Source of the DNA: Octopus vulgaris
Taxonomy: Eukaryota
Length of the DNA: 64,000 nt
Assembly: GCA_951406725.2 (NCBI GenBank)
Contig: OX597814.1
Span: 75,516,001 to 75,580,000, forward strand
Direction of reading: 5' to 3'
This document shows positions 40,223 to 52,338 of this stretch, piece after piece. The position numbers and the translations under genes are program-made. The notes under the pieces are model-generated. The model saw only the letters and a program-made list of their open reading frames with translations. It was not told the DNA's origin and did not search any database. Each line of letters begins with the position of its first letter. Position 1 is the first letter of the stretch.

Positions 40223-40842
40223 CACGGGACAAGAACCGTGTTAACCAGAGGGGGACAAGGGTGAGGCCAAAAAGTCTGCTGCAGGAATATTCTCACAAAA
40301 AAACGATCTACCAAGTAACCAAAACCAGGCTAGCCCTAACCCTAGACTTGCAGTGATACCAACGAAAACACTACCTAAGGCAAAACACATAAAATGGACT
40401 TGAGAGGATTATAGAGATGTGTTGAAAGCTTACTATACAGCCCAACTAAACCCAAACAATAACCTCATTGTACAAACATACACTTCATGAAGAACTTAGT
40501 AGGCAATGAAGTATGCAGATATATAGATGCAAAGAAATTAAGTAATGTACGTAGAGATATCATTATGAAACATCCAGATAATATCCCAGAAGAATCATGT
40601 CTCAGAGAAATCCAAAAGATTGTGCTGACAAGTACTGCCCACATCCTTAGAAAAACCCAATCAATTTAAATGTCTGTGTTGTATTGCATGAAGATATTTT
40701 GCTACTGCCCCTGCCATATCCCCTCCTCAGGCTTTCAGTCATACTGTAACATCTCTTATCCTTCATTCACCCTAGGATGAGTGTGTCTTGGCAAGTGATT
40801 GGAACAAAAATGCGGATTAAAAGTAAATAATAATAATAATAA
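40222..40842 (+). mobile_element. Internally deleted R4/Dong-clade non-LTR element
   Basis: N-terminal-like KWT*EDYRDVLKAYY and LSNVRRDII are fused directly to C-terminal LREIQKIVLTSTAHILRK; the 3' UTR ends in (TAA)n. Confidence 0.65.
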
Positions 40843-41060
40843 TCAGCACTCAACTACCAACATGGCTCAAAAAGATTGGTACAAATGTAAAGATAGAACA
40901 CTTAGAAAAATCAGTATTGCTTGGAACTGCAAGAATTCTTCACAGGGTTCTTGAAGCATGACCAGTAAACAAGTGTTACCTTAGTCTGCTAGTTGTGGGC
41001 AGCTGACACTTTTCACCATATCCAGCAAAATGAGCTGAGAGTTTTCATCAAATAAAAATT
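40843..41060 (+). mobile_element. 5'-truncated R4/Dong 3' end
   Basis: Translates TWLKKIGTNVKIEHLEKSVLLGTARILHRVLEA*, the R4/Dong C-terminal signature; starts in a (TAA)n tract. Confidence 0.7.
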
Positions 41061-41509
41061 ATTTCTGCTCGAAGAACAAGGCCTGGAAATTTTGGAGGAA
41101 AGGCAGTCAATTGCATCAACTCCAGTGCTCAGCTAGTATTTATATCAGTGAGCTTGAATGGATGAAATGCAAAGTTGACCTTGGTAGAATTTGAATTCAG
41201 AATGTCAAGGAAGATTAAATTCTGCTGTGCAATTTTCTGGCATGCCAGCATTTCAGCCAGATTGGCTTGCTGCTGCTGTTGCTACTACTACTACTAGTAG
41301 TAGTACAATGCTGCTGCTACTACTACTACTACTACTAGTAGTAGTAGTAGTAGTAGCTAGTATTTGTATCAGTGAGCTTGAATGGATGAAAGGCAAAGTT
41401 GACCTTGGTAGAATTACTACTACTACTACTACTACTAGTAGTAGTAGTAGTAGTAGCAGCAGCAGCAGCAGCAGTAGCAGTAGTAGTAGTAGTAATAATA
41501 ATAGATTAC

Positions 41510-42175
41510 TCTGATGCAGTACAATGCCCCGATGCAGTACTAGGCAGTGACTCTCATGGCTTCTCATCTTAACTGATTGGAGGTGTTACAGCAAGTATTC
41601 AGCTCGATACCACAGATTTGCTTGTCAGTTGTTTGACCATAACCAGTTGAGCATGTCCCTTAGTGGCTGACAATATGTGCATCTCTGATCACAAGCAAAA
41701 GTAGTGGGGGAACATCATAGTCATATGTTAAGAGGAATTCTTTGGGGTTTGGATAATTCACATTTGGAAACATGAGTGTTTCATTTAACATCCTTAAATA
41801 AACTTTATTCAGGGACTTTTCAAGCGGGATGGGCTACTTGACCTACTAGAGAAAATTCTAACCTTCGCTAAGGTAGAGGTAATAATAATAATTCCTTGAT
41901 GCCATAGCCAGGCAGTTGCTCTCATGGTTTCTGATCTTAACTGATTGAAAGAGTTATCATGTACAAGTTTTGTCTTGGTGTAAAAGATGGGCTACAGCAA
42001 ATATTCTGCTCACTTCCACAGATTTGCTTGTCAGGTACTTGACTGTAGCCTGTTGAGCATGTCCCTTAGTGGCTGACAATATATGCATCTCTAATCCCAA
42101 ACAGGAGTTGAGGGATATTATTTGGGCTTTAAATAATTCACCCCTAGAAATATGGATGTTTCATTCATAATCATA
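41510..42175 (+). repeat. Two copies of an (AAT)n-associated interspersed repeat; two more at ~52365-52712 and ~52753-53266
   Basis: Shared ggcagtggctctcatggcttctgatcttaactgattgg...gcatgtcccttagtggctg; the copies abut (AAT)n. Confidence 0.8.
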
Positions 42176-45100
42176 GCTATTTCATCTAGTGTTCAACTGC
42201 CTTTGTCATTTTACTGGCCATACTATCCTCAAATAATAATAATAATAATAATCCTTTCTACTAAAGGCACACAGCCTGAAATTTTGAGGGAGGGGAGTAG
42301 ATGATTACATTGACCCCAGTGTTTCTAAAGTCGACCTTGGCGGAATTTGAACTCAGAACATAATGATGGATGAAATGCTGCTAAGCATTTTGCCCAGCAT
42401 ACTAACAATTCTGCCAGCTTTTCTCAATATACAACCTGAAAAACCTTAAAAAAAAAACTATAGAGAAACTCATTATATGCACTCACAAAGTACTGTATAT
42501 ATTAACTGCAAGATGTTCAAGCAAACATTAAGATCACATATCTTACTATAATATTATCATAAAATGATAATAGTTAGATCTAACAAAATCATTCATTTCT
42601 ATCTTGAAAGAGAAAGGAGACAAGCATCCAGGATAAGGTAGTGTTGGATGCATTATATCATAAAGACAGGATGGTCATAACTTGAACAGCTTTATTCATC
42701 AAAAGATGATCTGGGACTAAACAACTGCATATATTCCAAGAAGAATTTTCTTAGGATGCTGTAGCAACAGCAATTTTCCAATTTTACTCTTACATGGTTT
42801 TGTCAATAATTATGAGATAAAGGTGCTCTTTATGATAATGGAAACAACATATATGCTCCCATTGAAATATTTAGTTATTTTGATTTTTGCCACTGGTTTG
42901 TGTGTGTGTGAGAGAGTGGGAGAGAGGGGGGGTAGAGATTGGTCTGAAGGAAGAGGTTGTGCTCCTAGCTTTCACAGCCTTCCCAAGACTGGTGAAATGG
43001 CATGGTTAATACTCCACTTGAACAATTACAAGCTGAATGCTGGAGAAAAAATACTTGTGCATGGGAGGAATTCCAGGGGGCAGAAATTCACTACCACTTG
43101 GCATTGTGTGGCAGGGGTGAACATAATTGAAGGAGCAAGAAGATAGGTGAATGAGTTGGGATTGTGAGGAGAGAGTGTCTGTGCTATACACACAGACAAC
43201 CAAGCTGAACTATTTGCTAACTTCGATGGGGAAGACCATGGCCTAGAATTTTCTGTGTTAAGCATGTGCATTTGTCAGAAGAGATTGTCAGAGAAGATTA
43301 GGTCTAGAATTTGAAGTGTCCTTGAGGGACACATCTAGCTGCATGATGTGTTTGTATGTGGGACAATGCATTCTCATTATGTACAGTGATTGCATCATTG
43401 TGTATTTGTGTTGCTGAAAGAGACAATATTGGCCAAATTCCATTGGCCGTTTTCAGGGTCTCTGTTCATAGAATCAGGGCAGATTTTGGAAGGTGTCACA
43501 GTTGCATGTTGATGATATTTGAGTACAAAATATTATGGAGGAAGGCAGGGTAGTATTATCTGCATAGGAGTGGGTGTTGTCACAGGCAAAAGTAAGTAGG
43601 TTTTTGATGTTTAGGTGTAAGATATCAAGGAGAAAATTGAACATGGGAGCTAACCAAAATATTTAGAATGTGTGTCAGAAAGAGCTCCATTAGCACAATC
43701 TAACATGCAGCCATTATTTCAAGAGATGAGAGACAAGAGCTTATCCCATAAGCAGTCAGTTTTTGCCAGAAGATATTTTCAAGAAGAATCACTAACTGAC
43801 TTCAAATGCAACAACATGGCTTTCATCTCAAATTTCCCAAGAAGAGAAACCCACACATGTGTAACAAAAATGAGTAGGTTTTCAGTACATCTAGTTTAAA
43901 AAAAAAGGATCATTAGAGACAAATAAACATTTAATGTGTTGGAGTAAGTTGTAGCTAATGGCTGCCTCCACAACCATCTAAGATACTGGATGAAAGTAAT
44001 AGAACTACTTGGGGAGGTCTGCAAGGTTATATTTCTTAAAAATGTGATACAATGTACAATATCTTCCCAAAGATATATATATATATATATATCACTTAGG
44101 CATTGCAAGACTAATAACCTGGTAAAGAATTTAATATACGTATGTTTCAGAACAAAGTATAAAGTAGTAATAAAAAAAAGAGCACTGAACTGTGAGTCCA
44201 CTGCATCTTATAGCAGAAACAACTGTAAGTTAATGAAAGTCATGGCATAATCAGTTTTTGCTGTGTAATCTCTTTTTCCTATATGTACAGAGAAATATGT
44301 GGGGAGAGAGAGATACTAAAGAGTTTAGTGTGAATAGGGAATAGTTCTGGCATGAATTGTTTGATGGCAATGGAAGAGTGGTGGCTTTGTTGGTTTGAAG
44401 CAATCAGGTGTATTTATGCACTTAGCATAAGTAGTACTGACTTGATTCAAAGAGTAAAATGCATAATCCAAGAAAAGTGCAGATGTCTTGCAGCAACAAC
44501 AATTAGTCTGGGCTAGAGTTTAAGAAAGAGTTCAATTCTTGCCATTAATCATCATCTAAGAGTGAGGAAAAGAGAAAAAGAGATTAATTAGACAAGAAAT
44601 CTTAGCTATAGACAACCAGTGTCAGTACAAATTTCTTTGTCTTCCTCATTCTCAGATGAAGAACCAGAACCCAAAACAATTAAGGTTTCTTTATAGGCAG
44701 AAAAAAAGGAATAATCTGAATATTAGGTGTTGTTAAACTTTCATTAGACAACAATTACTGATTTTCTGCTCAAACAAACAATGATAGCTTATAGCTATCT
44801 ATAGCAAACACAAAGGCACACATAACAAAAGTGTGTTTGATTTGCATTAATAGAGTATGAAATAACAATATGAATAAATTAATTAATTTTATGCCAGACA
44901 ACCTATTTTTAAGGATAATTTCAAGTGTAAATAAACTCATTTTAACTAATACTGTACAAAATTTTTGTACTTTTATTTCTTTAAGGAAAATTTGAAATGT
45001 AAGATAAAATGTAACAGGTTTTGCTCTCTCTGAGCTGAAAAAGGGATAGGTTTGATAAATTTCATTAAATTATCATCAGTGAACAATTACATACAATCAT

Positions 45101-48100
45101 CTAGGCCAACATTTCTCAGATGAAAATTAAATAAAATTTTAAACTAGCTGAATCATTTCCTTTTTCTACCTATGGTAAGAGAAAACTATAATGTGACCAC
45201 TTTACTTAGTTTTCAGTGAAACTAATAAGGTTTCTTTTGCATTTTATATTATCCATGTGTACGTATTGATGATTATCTGCTTGTTTTCAACAAATGTCAG
45301 CATTTATCAGCATTCCCCCACCCCAAATTTCCACACAAATTCAAAATCATTCTGGAATAATGCATGAGAGAGAAAATCCTAGGCTTGAAGTTCCTCTAGA
45401 GCAAAATAGGGAGGATTCAAGAGAAGAAATGGTGGAAGACATAGTTGTAATGGAGTGGTAAATTCTTTACCCCACCATCTCTCTCACTCCCTCACATACA
45501 CACAACATACTTTCTCACACTTGTGTTTCAGACAAAACAGTATTACAGAATATACTGGAAGATTATACTCAAAATACCATATTTAGTAATATCTTCAGAA
45601 AAATAATATAGAAGGAAGGAAATAATTCATTCTTTAATTGTTTCACACCTAAATTTGTTTACATTTATGTTCTATGAAATACATTATTAAATTTTATGTT
45701 TGGAATTTTGGATGGATCACCAGCCTGCCAGGTTGATGGATGAAGCAGGTTAGAAGAATTGTTAGCTTGTCAGGAAAAATGCTTCATTGTATTTATTCCA
45801 GTTCTTCACATTCTGAGTTCATATTCTACTGAGGCTAACTTTATATTTCATCATTTCAGGGTCAATAACATAAAGTACCAACAAAATGCTGAGGTCAATG
45901 GCATTGACTAAACAATAATTCTCTAAATTCTGGCCAAATTAGAAATCATATGGTGTTTGTGTGTAGATAGATAGATCTGTTTTCCATGCTGGCATGGGTT
46001 AGATGGTTTGACAGGAGCTGGTATGTCAGAGAGCTGCACCAGGCTCCATTGTCTGCTTTAGCATAGTTTCTACAGCTGGATGTCCTTCCTAACACCCACC
46101 ACTTTACACTTTCTACATGACACCAACACAGGTACTTCATATGTGGCACTGGCATGAGTGCTTTATACATGCCATGAGTGCTTTTTATGTGACACCAACA
46201 CAGATGCTTTTTCATGTGGCACCAGCACCTGTGAGCTTGCAAAACAAGATATATATATTGTGCATTTAGTTTGGAGTGGGGGATCTTTGTTGGCTTATAT
46301 GAAACAATATTTCTTTTATATTGTTTCATGTAAGTCCAACACTCAGGGAAGAAAAGGGAGCAAACCATATAACATTCCTAGATCTATTTCTAAGCTCAGA
46401 TTTTGTCTGGGTTGGAGTGTATCTTCTCTTAAGCCACTGATGGCTGGGATGCTGTTATTGCAGGGGCTACTGAAATTTGTTATTAATGCTAGCTACAAGG
46501 ATTTTAAAGTTGACAGATATTCTTTAAACTATCCTAAAGCCTATCCTGATTCAACAGCAAACATGCAACAGTTAGGGTGTCACAACAGTAGTAGCTTCAG
46601 GTATGACCTTTGGCATCAGCTAATCATGTACACATCCTCAATCTACACACCTCACACCAATCATGTAACAATGTACAGTCAGTACATACATCAAGGAAAC
46701 GCACCTACAATTTGGAAACCTCTTCAGGTGCTGTTAGGATAACTTCTTCCTTGCTCTTGCCAGTCTCAGTTACCCTAAAAATGGTGACAGACACTGACCT
46801 TCCTCCCTAGCTAAGCAATTTAAAAAATAAAGTATTGTATAAAAAAAAAACATATACACTCATTTACACACTCACACATGTTAAGACAAGGAAGAAATAT
46901 CCATGAAATGTTATTTCTTCCAAAATTAAAACAGCTCTAATTTTAAGTGTTTGTGCTACTTACATATCTCCCTCTATCCTTTTGCTTGCTTTCTCTCCCC
47001 CTCTCTCTCTCTTTCTCACACACACACACACACAAACTAGCTAATAAACATAAAATGTATCCAACATTAAAATTTCCACTCCAGTTATATTTGCCTGTCT
47101 AAACAATGTTACTCATCTTCATTAACTGTCCTTTCTAGTTCACGAAACAATCATGAATTGAACACTTGAGCAAAACCAGGTTAAATCAGATGTTTGAATA
47201 AATGACCAATATAACATCACTGATACCTAGCTATAAAATCTCTGATTTTATATCTGCCATGATGCAGGAGTGTACCACGTTTATTAAAGCAGAATATAGA
47301 TCTTGAAGCTATACACTTTAACAATTAAGTTAAATTGGCCTTAATTGAAAGTATTGATGAAGTAACCTAGCTAGATTTGATCTAATGATTTCCTGAGATC
47401 TGCTTTAAGCATCATCATTATTGTTTCTAATGTCCAGTTTCAGTGCTGGCATGAGTGCGATAAAACTTGATGAGATTTTTTTTTTTTTTTTTTTTTTGGT
47501 TGTCAGACGTTCTTCTTGTCATCAACCCTAATCTATTTTCCAAGTGAAATACTTTCATTCCATTAACTTCACATGTCAGTGATAGCAAGCTACCAAAAGC
47601 TACTGGAATTTTGCACATGGGCACGCATGCACACACACACACATCTGAGTGTCAGTCTACTAATTCCACTCATGAACACTGTTGAACAGGGGCTATAGCA
47701 GAAAACAGTGGCACAAGATGTCATAGAGTAGGGCTGAACTTGGAATCACATGGTTGTGAAGTGAACTTAGTAAGTACACAGCCAAACCTGAGTCCATAAG
47801 AATGTATTTGTACTTAAGTATAAATAATGTATTGGTACCCTCAGCACTAACACATTCTTATAAACATGATTAAATGTCTTGCAACTTTATTATGATAAGC
47901 TGACTTATTCTGATTGAATTATTACTCTTCCTTTAGTTGAGTCACATTCTGAATTCTGTTTCCTTTGTTTTGTTGTTTTTTTTTATTTTCAATGAAGACA
48001 ATTGTTACAATCTAAATTACATGATCAAACTTGTACTGGAATATGTGTTTTAAGATATTAACATATAATAGAGATACTCAGTTGTTTAAAGTGTAAGAAA

Positions 48101-49527
48101 TACTAGCAAAATCATGTAAAGTTCTAATTCTGATTGTACAGAAAGGTGCATTTAGTACAATATACATTACTTGCCTCAAGTAGAAAATAAGTACCACTCC
48201 CACTTCATGGATGAATGCTAAGCTACAAAGGTATTTCTCTTGAAATTGGCTGTAGGCACACCCACCATTTAACCACAAGAAAACAGATGTTAAAACATTT
48301 AGAAATGAATGAATGAAGGAGAACAAACTAAAACAGGAAACGGTGTTTTATTATTACCCAATTTTTATTATTATTATCCAGTTCCACTAATTATATTTAA
48401 AACAAATGTATGTAGGTGTGTATGAAAAGATAGCTTTAAAGCTTGGACTATAATGAAAAGGGAAAGTCAGCATAAAATAAAATAATCAGAGAAGGAAAAA
48501 TTCAATAGATACTGGAGAAACATTGGATAATGTCATGGGTCAGAATGTGAATATCATTTAACATATAAAACAAAATATTCAACATATATCACAATTAGAC
48601 AGTGGTGAAAAATAGACCAAGTCTACCAAAGAGATAAGATTATTATTTGAGCAAATAGAACATCAAAAATCAATTAATAAAGACAAGCATAACAATAAAT
48701 CAGTCACAACTGAAGCATTTATTTTGTCAAGCTGTTACACATAACAGAATTAGATTCTACACATTGACATATAATCTATTAAAGGGTAAAGGAAATGCTG
48801 CTTCAAGTCCAAGCTTATAATATACAGGGATGTGTTTAAAAGGAAAACAACTATTAAAAGCAAATAAAAACTAAAAGCAAGGCAATGAAGGCAAACTAAA
48901 GAAACAAAGTAAAAAAGAAAATGATTTAAGTGATGTCTAAACTGGTATCTTAGAATGCTACTACCTGAGTTAAAGAGAAGATAGTTATATAAAAATAAAC
49001 CATTTGATTTTATATGAAAATAGAAGATAAAAACAATACAATAAAGTTCATTTATATTTTTGTCCTGAACATCTCAGTTATAACAAAACGATAAAGTAGT
49101 TTTTTTTTATATATTTCATGACAAAAGGAGAAAGTATTAAAAAAAAACTAAAAAAAAACTGCACACTAACATATTCTATAATATGAAGTCGCTGTAGAAA
49201 CAGCTATTTCAAAGAAGAATCAATAATTGCGTAAACGAAATAGTTTGATGGTTAAATTAAATGCTTTTTCCATACAAACTGATATTGCTCAGCTACTTTT
49301 CATAGCAATAATAATGATTTCTTATGTAGACACAAGACCAGAAATTTTGGAAGTTGGGAAAATTCAACTATATCAGCCACAGTATTTGATTGCTACTTAT
49401 TTTATTGATCCTGGAAAGATGAAAGGCAAAGTCAACCTTGGTGGGATTTGAATTTGAGTGTAAGGGACTGTAACTAAAGACTGCAAAGTATTTTGTTAGA
49501 CAAAGTAATGATTCTGCCAATCTGTCC

Positions 49528-49565
<38 letters not shown>

Positions 49566-49567
<2 letters not shown>

Positions 49568-51436
49568 TCAGACAGCCAGAAGGGAAGCTTGTATCAGACA
49601 GCCAGAAGGGAAGCTAGGAGACAGGTTTATTTAGCCAGAGGGGAAGCGGATAAGAAAAAATTTGCCAATGTTCTGCGCCGTGAGGATGAAAGACTTGAGG
49701 TATTTCGTGTTGCAAGACAGTGTGTGAGAGAGAATTGTGATGTGGTAGGAGAGAAATGTGTCCGCATGGATGATGGTTCACTTGCGCTAAATGAGGATGC
49801 AAAGAGAGAGGTTTGGAGATGCCACTATGAAAGGTTGCTGAATAAAGAAAATGAATGGGATAAAGAGAGTCTGCCGAATGTCAACCCAACAGAGGGACCA
49901 GCCATCCGAGTTGACTATTCTTTGGTAGTTAAAGCAATTAGAAGCATGAAGACAGGGAAAGCCCCAGGCCCATCAGGAATTACTGCAGAGATGCTCAAAA
50001 TATCTGGCAGTGTCGGGTGACGCCCTAGATACAAATAATTACAGAGGTATCAAGCTGTTGGATCAGGTAATGAAGGTTACAGAGAGGGTCATAGCCCAAC
50101 TGATTAGGGAGAGAGTCAATTTGGACGAGATGCAGTTTGGTTTTATGCCAGGGAAAAGCACCACTGATGCCATATTTCTGGTGAGACAGCTGCAGGAGAA
50201 ATACCTAGCCAAAGATAAGCCATTATACCTGGCTTTTGTTGACATGGAGAAAGCCTTTGACAGGGTCCCCCGATCCCTTATCTGGTGGTCAATGAGGAAA
50301 CTAGGGATAGATGAATGGCTGGTGAGGGCTGTGCAAGCCATGTACAGGGAAGCCGTAAGTAAGGTAAGGGTTGGCAACATGTACACAGAAGAATTCAAAG
50401 TAGAGGTTGGGGTCCACCAGGGTTCAGTACTCAGCCCCCTCCTATTTATCATAGTCCTCCAAGCAATTACGGAGGAATTCAAGACAGGTTGCCCCTGGGA
50501 GCTCCTATATGCTAACGACCTTGCTCTAATTGCTGAGTCGCTGTCAGAACTGGAGAAGTTCCGGGTGTGGAAGGAGGGTCTAGAATCGAAGGGCCTTAGA
50601 GTCAAAACCAAAGTACTAATAAGTAGGAAGGTAGACAAACCACAAATGTCTTCAGGAAGATGGCCCTGCTCGATCTGTAGAAAAGGTATAGGTAGGCACC
50701 CAGTGTAAGCTATGGACACATAAGAGGTGCAGCAATGTCAAAGGAAGGCTAACTGGGAAGATAGTTTTTGTATGTGGCAGATGCTCAGGAGCAATAATCT
50801 CTGAAAATCTGCAGAAAACAACTTCCGTCACTTCCAGGGGGAAAAACTAGAAGTAGTTGATAGCTTCCGTTATCTAGGTGACCAAGTCAGTAGTGGGGGT
50901 GGGTGCATTGAAAGTGTAACTGCTAGAGTAAGAATAGCCTGGGCAAAGTTTAGGGAGCTCTTCCTCTGCTGGTGACTAAAGGCCTCTCGCTCAGAGTAAA
51001 AGGCAGACTGTATGATGCATGTGTACGAACAGCCATGCTACATGGCAGTGAAACATGGGCCATGACTGCTGAGGACATGCGTAAGCTCGCGAGGAATGAA
51101 GCCAATATGCTCCGATGGATGTGTAATGTCAGTGTTCATACTTGACAGAGCGTTAGTACCCTGAGAGAAATGTTAGACCTAAGAAGCATCAGTTGTGGTG
51201 TGCAAGAGAGACGATTGCGCTGGTATGGTCATGTGGCGAGAATGGATGAAGATAGGTGTGTGAAAAAGTGCCAATCCCTAGCAGTTGAGGGAACCCGTGG
51301 AAGAGGTAGACCCAGGAAAACCTGGGACTAGGTGGTGAAGCACGACCTTCGAACCTTGGGTCTCACTGAGGAAATGACCAGCGACCGAAACCTTTGGAAA
51401 TATGCTGTGCGTGAGATGACCAGGCAGGACAAGTGA
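49566..51436 (+). pseudogene. RTE reverse transcriptase remnant with frameshifts/deletions and an internal PHD-like finger
   Basis: ORFs 49493-50020 and 50010-50708 plus downstream fragments in other frames. Confidence 0.88.
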
Positions 51437-52338
51437 GTCCAGCCCACTTATGCATGCCTTTCCCCCCTTGGACACACAAAGACCTGTTGAGGCAAGCGAA
51501 GTCGATATCGAGCCTCATCCGACGACAGGCACCCATGCCAACCCCCTTTGCTTGCGAAGACATGTTGGGGCAAGTGAAATCGAAATCGAAATTGAACCAA
51601 TCCTATGACTAGCACCTGGCAGATGCCAGGGCCCTGGGACTGGAGGTACGTAAAAAGCACTATTCGAATTGTGGCCGATGCCAGTGCCGCCTCGACTGGC
51701 TTCCGTGCCGGTGGCACGTAAAAAGCACCATTGACAGGCACCTTATGGTAACCCCCCTTGCTTGCGAAGACCTGTTGGGGCAAGTGAAATTGAAATCGAA
51801 ATTGAACCAATCCTATGACTAGCACCTGGCAGATGCCAGGGCCCTGGGACTGGAGGTACGTAAAAAGCACTATTCGAATTGTGGCCGATGCCAGTGCCGC
51901 CTCGACTGGCTTCCGTGCCGTTGGCACGTAAAAAGCACCATCCGAATCGTAGCCGAAGCCAGTGCCGCCTCGACTGGCTTCCATAAAATGCACCATCCGA
52001 ATTGTGGCCGATGCCAGCGCGGCCTCGACTGGCTTCCGTGTTGGTGGCACGTAAAAAGCACCATCCGAATCGTAGCCGAAGCCAGTGCCGCCTTGACTGG
52101 CTTCCATAAAATGCACCAATCCAACCATGGCCAATGGCAGCCTCGCCTGGCACCAGTGCAGGTGGCACGTAAAAAGCACCCACTACACTCACAGAGTGGT
52201 TGGCGTTAGGAAGGGCATCCAGCTGTAGAAACTTTGCTAGATAAGACCGCAGCCTGGTGCAGCCTTCTGGCTTCCCAGATCCCCGGTCGAACCGTCCAAC
52301 CCATGCTAGCATGGAGAACGGACGTTAAACGATGATGA
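49566..52338 (+). mobile_element. 5'-truncated RTE-clade LINE with a tandem-repeat 3' UTR, inserted in (TAA)n
   Basis: RT motifs KAPGPSGI, NYRGIKLL, QFGFMPGKSTTDAIF, FVDMEKAFDRV, GVHQGSVLSPLLF, LLYAND; later RLRWYGHVAR and RGRGRPRKTW; ends ...gacgttaaacgatgatga. Confidence 0.92.

Noticed and set aside
40333-40345. ccctaaccctag as a telomeric seed
   Set aside because: Only two imperfect units inside a Dong fragment; expected by chance.
39990-40356. YI-rich ORFs
   Set aside because: Translations of the (TA)n microsatellite.
46158-46742. 194-aa ORF
   Set aside because: Starts inside a SINE, has no ATG start or recognisable domain, and has non-coding-like composition.
51700-51730. Pistol or twister ribozyme in the RTE 3' repeats
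   Set aside because: A hairpin plus A-rich linker is only superficially similar; the conserved catalytic segments and additional stems are absent.
51448-52312. 243-aa and 189-aa repetitive minus-strand ORFs (and similar ORFs at 62675-63757)
   Set aside because: They arise from GC-rich tandem repeats in LINE 3' UTRs; no protein signature.
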